From: Patescibacteria group bacterium | Lineage (GTDB): Bacteria > Patescibacteriota > Minisyncoccia > Phycocordibacterales > JAGLPS01 | DNA: 64,000 bases | Direction of reading: 5' to 3' | NCBI GenBank assembly: GCA_038057845.1 | Contig: JBBUCK010000041.1 | Coordinates: 1,042-65,041 of the forward strand | Shown here: in pieces, positions 9,900-18,956 of the stretch | How the letters are laid out: each line of letters starts with the position of its first letter | How positions within the stretch are numbered: position 1 is the stretch's first letter | Program-made: the position numbers and the translations under genes | The notes under the pieces: generated by a model | The model's input: the letters and a program-made list of their open reading frames with translations, nothing else | Databases searched by the model: none | Told to the model about the DNA's origin: nothing

Positions 9900-10640
9900 G
9901 TGTTAACAGTTTTATTATGTTTATGTTGTTGTTTGTACTGTGCAGGAAGTATTAAAATGAGAGATAGCCATATTACCAAATTAAACACTATCGGGATGGA
10001 CGTAAAACAATTTGAAAATAAGAGGTGGCAAAGGGAAGATCAAGCGCTTCAATTTCGGCACAGAGCCGCGCTCTCCATGATTGATTCTGGGACGGTTCTT
10101 GACCTTGGTTCAGGCGACGGTTTGCTCCTTGCCCTCCTACGTCAAAAAGGCGTCATAGGGAGAGGCCTTGATTTAGCGGAAGAGGGTGTAAGGAAAGCGA
10201 ATGCCAAGGGTCTTGATACACAAGTTTTCGACTTTGGAAACGAAAGGCTTCCATTTCCAGATAACAGTTTTGACACAGTTGTAATGCTCGATATTCTGGA
10301 ACATCTCTATGATCCGGAATTTGTACTCGGAGAGGCAACACGAGTTTCAAAAAAGAATCTTATCGTCGGTGTACCAAACTTCAGCTCTCTTCCTGCAAGA
10401 CTCCAGGTTCTTTTTGGTTCTGTGCCTGAAAACAACAGCCCTAAAAAAGGACATGTCTATTGGTTTAATTACGGCATATTGGTTTCAATGCTTTCAAAAC
10501 ACGGGCTTATTGTTGATCAACTCAAATCAAATACATTTTTTGAGCACGTTCCGGTAGTTGGATTGATTACTCGCTTTTTTGCTACTCTTTTCCCAAATCT
10601 GTTCGGTCTTTCATTTGTTATTAAAGTAACAAAAGTTTAA
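9900..10640 (+). CDS. class I SAM-dependent methyltransferase (likely true start ~9957)
   Basis: VLDLGSGDGLL motif I, DTVVMLDILEHL. Confidence 0.75.
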   Translation: MLTVLLCLCCCLYCAGSIKMRDSHITKLNTIGMDVKQFENKRWQREDQALQFRHRAALSMIDSGTVLDLGSGDGLLLALLRQKGVIGRGLDLAEEGVRKANAKGLDTQVFDFGNERLPFPDNSFDTVVMLDILEHLYDPEFVLGEATRVSKKNLIVGVPNFSSLPARLQVLFGSVPENNSPKKGHVYWFNYGILVSMLSKHGLIVDQLKSNTFFEHVPVVGLITRFFATLFPNLFGLSFVIKVTKV

Positions 10641-11791
10641 TTTTCCTTTTCAAGAATTTTTTTATAGAGTGCAAGATACTCCTCATACATTTTTTTGGAA
10701 GAGAAATTGTTCACTATTCTTTCTCTTGCTTTTTTACTCATGAGCTCATAGTCAGCTTTTGAGAGATGTAAAATATACTCGATACCTGTTTTTGCGCTTT
10801 CTATGTTTCCATACTCCGCGACATAACCAACAATTTTATGCAGTACAATCTCTGGAAGAGCATCGGTACTGTACGTAACAACAGGTGTACCGCAGGAAAG
10901 GGCCTCGGCGCTTATAAGGCCGAAGGTGTCACCCTTTGTTGGATAGAAAAAAACATCGGCTGCTGAAAGGTATTGGCGAAGAAGTTTCTTTTCTTCTGTG
11001 TAAGGAAAATTTCTAAAATTTTTGTTTTCCGTTTTAATGTGTGAATGTCCTATTTCTATAAAAAAAATATCATTATTGCCCACATAATCGTCAATAATTT
11101 TATTTGAATCTTCCGATCCCTTTATTCCGAGCGCAACAATCTTTTTATCAAGTGGTAGTCCAAGTTCTTTTCTCGCAAGGATTTTGTCATAAGGTTTGAA
11201 TATTTCTGTATCAATGCCGTTATAAATACGTGTGACGGATTGTTTGCCGAGAATACTTTTTAGAACCTCTTTTTTAAGCCACTCTGATACAGTCACAATA
11301 TAGAGTTTTGATTTTTCGTATATCTTCTTTTTTATACGGAGAAGGTGTTCGGTATTGTCCCAAAGAAAAAGCAGGAACTTTTTTTTGTTTGGGTTTTTGA
11401 GAGTAAAACTATCGCTTGCAAAGCCAGTAAATGCCCATATATCGTGAAGTGTCCATACTACAGGTTTTTCAAGCGACATCTTTTGAAGAGTCCTTAGGTC
11501 AAAAAAGTTACTATGGAGATTGTGACAATGAATAATATCCGCCTCCTTGAATTCTTTTGTTCCAAGAAGGTAGTCAGTTCCCGCAAACATGAGGTCATTT
11601 GCAAAAAGTTTAACGAGCCAGTCTTGATAGCGCTTGCGAGGAATAGCGAATACGTCAGGCTCATTTGAGTATTTATAGCGTACAAAAGTTGTTACCTCAT
11701 GCCCATCAGCCTTTAACCTCTTTCTAAGCTCCCACGACACTCCAGCAGCGCCACCCCTGTTATCTATTGTTCCTACAACAAAGATTTTCAT
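10637..11791 (-). CDS. glycosyltransferase family 4
   Basis: N-terminal GGAAGVSWEL, C-terminal DTFGLISAEALSCGTPVV. Confidence 0.75.
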   Translation of the reverse strand: MKIFVVGTIDNRGGAAGVSWELRKRLKADGHEVTTFVRYKYSNEPDVFAIPRKRYQDWLVKLFANDLMFAGTDYLLGTKEFKEADIIHCHNLHSNFFDLRTLQKMSLEKPVVWTLHDIWAFTGFASDSFTLKNPNKKKFLLFLWDNTEHLLRIKKKIYEKSKLYIVTVSEWLKKEVLKSILGKQSVTRIYNGIDTEIFKPYDKILARKELGLPLDKKIVALGIKGSEDSNKIIDDYVGNNDIFFIEIGHSHIKTENKNFRNFPYTEEKKLLRQYLSAADVFFYPTKGDTFGLISAEALSCGTPVVTYSTDALPEIVLHKIVGYVAEYGNIESAKTGIEYILHLSKADYELMSKKARERIVNNFSSKKMYEEYLALYKKILEKEN

Positions 11792-12838
11792 TTATTTATT
11801 GAAGCAATCCATAACAAATTCCTTAGCTAATTGTCTGGAAGTAAGTTTTTCTTTATAGAGCTCTCGACCCTGTAAAGCTATTTTTTCAAGTGTGTCAGGA
11901 TTGTTTTTGAGGAAGAGAATTTTTTGAGCTAAGTCATCAGCATTGCCTGGTAGAACTGCAAAGCATGTTTCATTTTCTTTTAAAAGCTCAAGTACCCCCG
12001 CATTTCTGCCGGTAAGGTAGGGAAGGCCCAGTGCCAAACTTTCAAAGAGTTTACACGGAAGAGTACGGGAAAGTCTCGGGTGGTCTGCAAGTTGACCTAA
12101 AGAAATGTGGCACTGAAGCATTTTTTCACGGAGCTTCTCAATAGGGAGTTTTTCGTTAATCATTTCAATATTTTTGGGCGCAAGTTTTTCCATTAGCGCA
12201 TTTACTTCTCTGTACATAAAGCCGTGGCCGATAATAAGAAATTGCACATCTTTATCTTCCAGTTTTTTTGCCGCTTCTATAACTGTAAGTATTCCGGATT
12301 CCGGAAGAAATCTTCCTCTAAAAAGTGCCGTAAATTTTTGGTTTTTCTCTATATTAGAATCACGAAAGAATACTTCTTCATCAACTCCCATCCATGAAAG
12401 TATAAGTTTATTTTTTGAGACAAGAAAATATTTACGAACAAAGTTAATTTGTGCATTGCTCTCAAGGAGAATCTTAGATGAAAAGTGAAATGAAATGAAA
12501 TCTACAAGCCACCACTTTAGTGCAATTAATGACCATGGACCATCGGTGCTTCGGGATATTATATTAGCTTCATACTGCGAGGAGACTGCATTGAAGATTA
12601 TTTTTTGGAGTGACATAAATCGGACAATAGGCACCAAAAAAGGCAAACCGTAGCCCACAATAATAACGTCAAAGGAGTATTTATTTTTCCAAAAACGATG
12701 CGTGAAATTAATATATTTACTTAGTCCTTGTTCGTTCTCAATTAGCTCAAAAACCTCCTGCCCGTTTTCTCTAAGGCCGTCTACAAGGTGTTTATCAGGG
12801 GGGTATTTATTCCCTGTGTTTATATACAAAAACTTCAT
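11792..12838 (-). CDS. glycosyltransferase family 4
   Basis: FESLALGLPYLTGRNAG motif. Confidence 0.7.
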   Translation of the reverse strand: MKFLYINTGNKYPPDKHLVDGLRENGQEVFELIENEQGLSKYINFTHRFWKNKYSFDVIIVGYGLPFLVPIVRFMSLQKIIFNAVSSQYEANIISRSTDGPWSLIALKWWLVDFISFHFSSKILLESNAQINFVRKYFLVSKNKLILSWMGVDEEVFFRDSNIEKNQKFTALFRGRFLPESGILTVIEAAKKLEDKDVQFLIIGHGFMYREVNALMEKLAPKNIEMINEKLPIEKLREKMLQCHISLGQLADHPRLSRTLPCKLFESLALGLPYLTGRNAGVLELLKENETCFAVLPGNADDLAQKILFLKNNPDTLEKIALQGRELYKEKLTSRQLAKEFVMDCFNK

Positions 12839-12848
12839 TATTTTGGCT

Positions 12849-12884
12849 TCAAGTATATCACTAAATTTGCTATAATCGTTATTA
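12849..12884 (+). promoter_or_regulatory. candidate sigma70-type promoter (TTCAAG-17-TGcTATAAT) for the methyltransferase/GT operon starting 12965
   Basis: extended -10 tgcTATAAT with -35-like TTCAAG at 17-nt spacing in divergent intergenic region. Confidence 0.35.
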
Positions 12885-12964
12885 CTTTATGACCAAAAAG
12901 GGCTTTACTAGACTCAATATTTATAGGAGTTTTCGGTGAAGAAACTTGATTTTGAAAGATTAGT

Positions 12965-13597
12965 TTGGGTGTTATCGCGCTATTTAGTAAAAATGAAATG
13001 GAAAGAGGTAAATATAAAAAATTTATAGATGAAAAAATTGCTGAAATCGCAAAAGAAAAAATAGTGTTAGATATTGGTGGTGGAGAGCGTTTCACTAAAT
13101 GGTTGTCAGAATACAAACACCTATTTGGTAATTGTGACTATAGAACTATGGACTATGACGGCTCTACGGGGGCTGATGTAGTGGGTGATATACACAAAAT
13201 ACCATTAGAAAATGGGTCGATTGACGCAGCTATTTGTTGCTCAGTTTTGGAACACATTGCTAATCCAACTATCGCCTTGGGAGAAATATATAGAATATTA
13301 AAAAGGGGTGGAAAAGTATTTGTATATGTACCCTCAATCTATCCTTATCATGCACGAGTAGGGCATTATCCTGATTATTGGAGGTTTTTTGATGACACAA
13401 TAGAGATATTATTTAAGGATTTTTCAAAAGTAGAATTTGTGAAAAGGGGTGGTTATTTTAAGGCTCTGTTTTTTTTCTTACCATTACAGCATCGTATACG
13501 GTTTATCATAGACCCTCTCGCGGAATTTTTAGATTGGTTACTGAAAACTGAAAATAGGAGCACGACCTCCGGCTATTATATTTATGCCGTAAAATAA
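12965..13597 (+). CDS. class I SAM-dependent methyltransferase
   Basis: VLDIGGGERF, CCSVLEHIANP. Confidence 0.7.
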   Translation: MGVIALFSKNEMERGKYKKFIDEKIAEIAKEKIVLDIGGGERFTKWLSEYKHLFGNCDYRTMDYDGSTGADVVGDIHKIPLENGSIDAAICCSVLEHIANPTIALGEIYRILKRGGKVFVYVPSIYPYHARVGHYPDYWRFFDDTIEILFKDFSKVEFVKRGGYFKALFFFLPLQHRIRFIIDPLAEFLDWLLKTENRSTTSGYYIYAVK

Positions 13598-15177
13598 TGC
13601 CAACCACTAAGAAAATAATATATTTTACCAGTACCAGATTTCCGACGGAAAAAGCTCATGGTTTGGCCACAGTCAAAATTTGCTCAGCTTTTGTTAATCA
13701 TGGCTACGAAGTCGACGTTATCGCTCCACGTCTTTGGATAAAAGATACGGACGACACTTTTAGTTATTACAATGTAAAAAATAATTTTCGAATATTTAAA
13801 ATACCATGCATAGATTTTGTTTCATTTGGAATTTTAGCTAAGCCAGCATTTATTTTACAATCATTCACCTTTTCGTTTTTAGCTACACTATTTATCATCA
13901 TCAAATATAGACGAGAATTACATAATATAATCATTTTTTCTCATGATTATATACCTCTATATTTTGTTTCTTTTTTCCCCGTTAGGGTTTTTTATGATAT
14001 TCATCATTTCCCAGGGAATAATTTTATGTACCAAAGAGTTATGAAAAAATCCTTTGGATTTGCTGTTCAAACTAAATGGAAAATAAAAGAACTCGCAGAA
14101 AAATTTGGAATTTTGTCAAAGCGCATTATTTATTGGCCAAATGGTACTGATGTAATGGAATTTCATATAGAAAAACCGAAAATAGAAGTTAGAAAAGAAC
14201 TTGGGATACCCCTAGATAAAAAAATTGTCATGTACACTGGCCAGCTTTTTGGATGGAAAGGGGTAGACTCTCTTTTACAGTCAGTTTCTATACTATCTCC
14301 CGATACTCTGGTCTATCTTGTTGGTGGAGCAAAAGAAGATGTAGACAGATGCAAAAAAGAAATACCCGAAGCTAACGATAAGAGAGTGTTTTTTGTCCCA
14401 TTTCAGCCGCATGCCAAAATACCTTTGTGGCTCAATTCCGCCGATGTTCTCGTTCTTCCCAATACAGGGAGACAAAAAGTTTCTCTTTATTACACCTCCC
14501 CCATGAAGCTTTTTGAATATATGGCCAGTGGCGTTCCAATAGTCGCTTCAAGGATTCCATCAATAGAAGAGATTGTCACAGAGGCAGAGGTTTTTTTTGT
14601 TGAAGCTGATAATGCCAAGTCTTTTGCCGAGGGAATAAAGAAAGCAGTGACAGAGTCGGAAGAAGCCCAAAAACGGGCCGAACGGGCTTATGTAAAAGTT
14701 TTGCAATTCACATGGAATCGACGAGCAGAGGAAATTGTTTCTTTTATGGAGCGGACCAGTGGCAATCCTCCCTTTTCTTATAAGGTGCGGTTATTATTCT
14801 TGGCACGTTATCTCTTTTCTGGTCTTTTAGCCTTTACGACGAGCTTAACACTTCTTTTTATATTTAAAAATTATTTTCATTTATGGTATTTAACTGCTTC
14901 AACCTTTGCTTTTATGATTTCAATTATTGTGAGTTTTCTTGCTCAAAAACTTATAACATTTCGTGACAAATCTACACATCGGGCACACTACCAGTTCGCT
15001 TTGTTTATTGTCATCACACTGTTTAATATAATTGCAAATGGAGGACTCATGTTTTCTTTTGTTGATATTTTACATATTCCATATATGTTGGCACAGGTAT
15101 TTTCTGCCGGTATTATTGCCGTATGGAATTTAGTAGTGTATCGTTATGTTGTATTCGCACATGCTAAAATTTTTTAA
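13597..15177 (+). CDS. GT4 glycosyltransferase fused to C-terminal GtrA-like 4-TM flippase domain
   Basis: GT4 core then four hydrophobic helices typical of GtrA. Confidence 0.65.
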   Translation: MPTTKKIIYFTSTRFPTEKAHGLATVKICSAFVNHGYEVDVIAPRLWIKDTDDTFSYYNVKNNFRIFKIPCIDFVSFGILAKPAFILQSFTFSFLATLFIIIKYRRELHNIIIFSHDYIPLYFVSFFPVRVFYDIHHFPGNNFMYQRVMKKSFGFAVQTKWKIKELAEKFGILSKRIIYWPNGTDVMEFHIEKPKIEVRKELGIPLDKKIVMYTGQLFGWKGVDSLLQSVSILSPDTLVYLVGGAKEDVDRCKKEIPEANDKRVFFVPFQPHAKIPLWLNSADVLVLPNTGRQKVSLYYTSPMKLFEYMASGVPIVASRIPSIEEIVTEAEVFFVEADNAKSFAEGIKKAVTESEEAQKRAERAYVKVLQFTWNRRAEEIVSFMERTSGNPPFSYKVRLLFLARYLFSGLLAFTTSLTLLFIFKNYFHLWYLTASTFAFMISIIVSFLAQKLITFRDKSTHRAHYQFALFIVITLFNIIANGGLMFSFVDILHIPYMLAQVFSAGIIAVWNLVVYRYVVFAHAKIF

Positions 15178-16543
15178 ACAGCACAAAATAGAGTTCGCTG
15201 TTTTTTTTGTTGCCGTTATCGCACGGTTGGTTTTTTTCTTTATCTGTCTCAACGCTAACGGGGGGAATTTAATAAACACAATACATGGTCAAGATGGTTA
15301 TTTTGAATTAAGTAAAAACTTACTTCTTGGTAATGGTTTTAGCATAAATCCGACCCCTCCTTTTTTTGAGTATTCTTACGGAGTGCCGATGTATCCTTTT
15401 TTTCTAGCTTTTCTTTTATGGGCAACTCAAAGCTATGCTGCGACTGCGATGATTCAGCTTCTGCTCGCTGCTCTAACTCCTCTCATAGGAATGCATCTTA
15501 CGCGTCTTGTGTTACCATCCCATCCTCTGTTTGACCATGCACCACTTGTTGTCGGTATATTACTTGCCATAGTTCCTTATCAAATGCTATTTTCTTTCTC
15601 TTTTTATACCGAGACATTATTTATACTGGTTTTTTGGATTTTTCTTATTTTATTTCTTAATTTTTTGAAAACCCCATCAACTCGACTTGCTGTTTGGTCT
15701 GGACTATTTCTTGGATTAGCTACTCTTACCAAACCAACCGTCCAATACATTGTAGTAGTGGCAATTGTTTTTGCATTATGGCACTTTAGAAATGAGTTGC
15801 GTAGAGACATTATGTTAAAACTTGCCTCTTTTTCTCTGATATTTTTTATAGTTTTAGCACCGTGGCTGTATAGAAATTACCAGACTTTCAATATGATTAA
15901 TCTGGGATCACAAGTGCCATTTAATCTCTATGAAGTTTTATTACCTTCAGTTCTTGCTATAGAGAATCAAACAAGCTTTGCCCTGGAACAACAAAAATTA
16001 CCACTTAAAGCTGCAGATATTTTCTTTGATACGCCAGAATCTCTTTTAGGAGAAGCTTTAACTGAAATATTGCGTCACCCCTTAGCTCTGATTAAACTTT
16101 CGATATTAAACTCTGTCACTTTCTTTACTCATGACGGCATGCTGACATTTTTACAAAACGCTGGGGTTAAACAAGATGCAAATCTTGGAAAACCAGCATT
16201 GCTCTTGTTCTTGAGTTCACCAGTAGAATTTGCTAAAGTAGTTTGGCCGTATATGCGTACCCCTATGGCCTTTGTGTTCTTCGCCAGATTATTTGGGATT
16301 GTTGTAACAGTATTTTTTGGCCTAGGTTTATATAAACTCTGGCACCTTAAACTTTTCTCACCGCGCTTACTGTTCGTCACCATAATTGTCCTTTATTTCA
16401 TGCTCACAACAATGATAAACGGATTGGCAGTAAATGCTAGATTTCGTATGCCCGTTGAACCAATAATTTTCGCCATAGCTTATGTCGGTTTTTCTTTTTC
16501 TTGGGAGCGTATTAAGAAAAAGCCTACTAAACAAATCTCTTAA
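15146..16543 (+). CDS. polytopic membrane glycosyltransferase, GT-C fold (GT39/ArnT/PMT-like)
   Basis: ~12 TM helices, 465 aa, adjacent to GtrA/GtrB-type genes. Confidence 0.55.
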   Translation: MLYSHMLKFFKQHKIEFAVFFVAVIARLVFFFICLNANGGNLINTIHGQDGYFELSKNLLLGNGFSINPTPPFFEYSYGVPMYPFFLAFLLWATQSYAATAMIQLLLAALTPLIGMHLTRLVLPSHPLFDHAPLVVGILLAIVPYQMLFSFSFYTETLFILVFWIFLILFLNFLKTPSTRLAVWSGLFLGLATLTKPTVQYIVVVAIVFALWHFRNELRRDIMLKLASFSLIFFIVLAPWLYRNYQTFNMINLGSQVPFNLYEVLLPSVLAIENQTSFALEQQKLPLKAADIFFDTPESLLGEALTEILRHPLALIKLSILNSVTFFTHDGMLTFLQNAGVKQDANLGKPALLLFLSSPVEFAKVVWPYMRTPMAFVFFARLFGIVVTVFFGLGLYKLWHLKLFSPRLLFVTIIVLYFMLTTMINGLAVNARFRMPVEPIIFAIAYVGFSFSWERIKKKPTKQIS

Positions 16544-16583
16544 GAAATGAGAAATAAAACGGGGGAAAAATAAATATTTAAAG

Positions 16584-17300
16584 ATGAACATTCCTAAGTT
16601 ATCAATCATTATTCCAGTATTCAATGAGGAACGGACAGTTGGAATTGTCACAGAGCGTATTCTTGCTACTAAATTTCCTGGCTGGGAGATAGAGGTTATT
16701 GCGGTTAATGACGGCTCTGCCGATAATACAGCTTCTGTGCTGAACAGTTTTTCGTCAAAAATTAAAGTAATTAATCTTCTAAAAAACGTCGGAAAGGGAA
16801 GTGCGGTTAAGGCGGGGATAGAGGCAGCAACTGGAGATTTTGCAATCATTCAAGACGCAGACCTTGAATGCAAACCTGAAGAGATCCCTCTTTTGTTAGA
16901 GGCACTTAAAAAATTTCCCAGAGATGCAAAAATAGCTGTTATGGGGTCTAGAGAATTACATGGTAGAAAGGACCACGAAAGCTTGTTTTTTCACCGGCTC
17001 GGTTCTTTATCAATAACCAAACTCATAAATGTTCTGTATGGCGCTTCTCTTACAGATACACTCATGTGTTATAAGCTTTTCCCTAGAGCTACATTTAGCT
17101 ATTTTCAAGCCGGGGGTTTTGATTCCGAAATGATTTTTTTGACTCGCTTACTTGCTGAGGGGTATCGTATTGTTGAGGTACCAGTGTCGTACACACCCCG
17201 CAGTACAAAAGAGGGGAAAAAAATAAGTTACAAACACGGTATTAAAATTATTTTTAAAATAGTAACCTTTTGGCTGAAAAGTCACTTTGTACGGAAATAA
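16584..17300 (+). CDS. GT2 polyprenyl-phosphate glycosyltransferase (GtrB/DPM1-like)
   Basis: LSIIIPVFNEE...VIAVNDGSADNT...IQDADLE. Confidence 0.8.
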   Translation: MNIPKLSIIIPVFNEERTVGIVTERILATKFPGWEIEVIAVNDGSADNTASVLNSFSSKIKVINLLKNVGKGSAVKAGIEAATGDFAIIQDADLECKPEEIPLLLEALKKFPRDAKIAVMGSRELHGRKDHESLFFHRLGSLSITKLINVLYGASLTDTLMCYKLFPRATFSYFQAGGFDSEMIFLTRLLAEGYRIVEVPVSYTPRSTKEGKKISYKHGIKIIFKIVTFWLKSHFVRK

Positions 17301-18015
17301 GATGAATAAAGATATTTTCAAATTATCAAGCATTTCCTTTTTTTGTCCGGCATATAATGATGCGCTTAATCTCCCAGAACTTATTCCTAATGTATCAAAA
17401 TTTCTTGAAAAACATACTTCTCTATATGAAATTGTCATTATAGAAGATGGTAGCCCAGATAAGACGGGGGAGGTAGCAGATACGCTCTCAAGGCAGTTCC
17501 CTCACGTGCGGGTTATTCACCATGAAAAAAATAGGGGTTATAGCGCGACCTTAAAAGAAGGCTTTGAAAAGGCTTCTTACGATTATGTAATGTATACAGA
17601 TGGGGATAACCAATACAACGTCTTTGATTTCGAACCGTATTTGCAACTTCTTGAACAGAATGATGTAATTGCTGGGTATGCCGTTACTAAAGCGGTATCC
17701 TCCTTTCGTCGATTTCAATCCTTTGTGCATAATTTTTTAATTTCAATTCTCTTTCTCACTCATTTCAAAGATATTAATTGTTCTATGAAAATCTTTAAGA
17801 AAAAGGTTTTACAAGAGATAGAAATCAAAAGTAACCCCTCCGGCGCGTTTATTGATGCAGAACTTATTCTCAAAGCGAGGCAAAAAGGATTTAAAATAAG
17901 ACAATTTCCTGTAGTTCATTATGCAAGGCGAAATGGTATTGCTTCTGGGTCAAAACCGAGCCTTATTTTAAACACTGTAAAAGATATGGTAAAGTTCAGA
18001 CTCGGTTTACTATAA
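17287..18015 (+). CDS. GT2 glycosyltransferase (DPM1/GtrB-like paralog)
   Basis: FFCPAYNDALNLPELIP...IIEDGSPDKT...YTDGDNQ. Confidence 0.75.
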   Translation: MYGNKMNKDIFKLSSISFFCPAYNDALNLPELIPNVSKFLEKHTSLYEIVIIEDGSPDKTGEVADTLSRQFPHVRVIHHEKNRGYSATLKEGFEKASYDYVMYTDGDNQYNVFDFEPYLQLLEQNDVIAGYAVTKAVSSFRRFQSFVHNFLISILFLTHFKDINCSMKIFKKKVLQEIEIKSNPSGAFIDAELILKARQKGFKIRQFPVVHYARRNGIASGSKPSLILNTVKDMVKFRLGLL

Positions 18016-18022
18016 ATCCACC

Positions 18023-18925
18023 ATGCTTCATAAAAGTGATAGAACGGTTATAACTGGTAGTGGCGGTATGCTTGGCGAAGCAGTATTTGAGGTCTTTAAA
18101 GATATCTGCCATGTCTACGCTTCAGACATTAACCTCAATACTTCATGGTTAGAGCATCTCGACGTTTCATCTGCTAAAGATGTCGCCACTTATCTTCATA
18201 ACATAAAACCCAATTACATAATTCATTTGGCAGCTTTGACTGATATGGAATATTGCGAACTCAATTCCGAAGAGGCCTATGCCACAAATATGGGAGGGGT
18301 CAAAAATGTCGCAGAGTATGCAAGAGAACATAACATTCCTCTCGTGTATATTTCAACCGCAGGTATTTTTGATGGTATAAAGGATGGATATATGGAAATT
18401 GACACACCGAATCCTTTGAGTATTTATGGAAAATCAAAGTACGGTGGTGAATTGATTGCTAAGACTCTTCCCAAAGCAATCATCATCCGGGCCGGATGGA
18501 TGATGGGAGGAGGTCCTAAGAAAGATAAGAAATTTATAAATAAAATCATAAAACAACTCCAGGCAGGAGTCACAGAGGTGGCAGTGGTCAATGATAAATT
18601 TGGCACACCATGCTATACCTACGACCTTGCTCAATCAATCAGGTACCTTCTTGACCATGAGGCGTATGGGCTTTATCATGGCGCTTGTGATGGTGGAGGA
18701 AGCAGAGCCGATATTGCACGTTTCCTACTTGAATGTTTTGGTCTAACGGACCAAATAAAGGTTCGGGAAGTTGATTCAAATTTTTTTAAGGAGAATTTCT
18801 TTGCTTTTCGTCCGCGTTCTGAAAAACTCATTAATATTGAATTAAAGAAAAAAGCATCGCACTTAACGAGAGACTGGAAAATATGTCTCAAGGAATACAC
18901 TGAGAGATTTAATTGGAATCTGTAG
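18023..18925 (+). CDS. RmlD-like NAD(P)-dependent sugar-nucleotide reductase (paralog of 37115-37957)
   Basis: ITGSGGMLG Rossmann motif, YGKSKYGGE catalytic Y-x3-K. Confidence 0.6.
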   Translation: MLHKSDRTVITGSGGMLGEAVFEVFKDICHVYASDINLNTSWLEHLDVSSAKDVATYLHNIKPNYIIHLAALTDMEYCELNSEEAYATNMGGVKNVAEYAREHNIPLVYISTAGIFDGIKDGYMEIDTPNPLSIYGKSKYGGELIAKTLPKAIIIRAGWMMGGGPKKDKKFINKIIKQLQAGVTEVAVVNDKFGTPCYTYDLAQSIRYLLDHEAYGLYHGACDGGGSRADIARFLLECFGLTDQIKVREVDSNFFKENFFAFRPRSEKLINIELKKKASHLTRDWKICLKEYTERFNWNL

Positions 18926-18956
18926 GATCTCAATACCCTGGGAATAAAAGGGACTT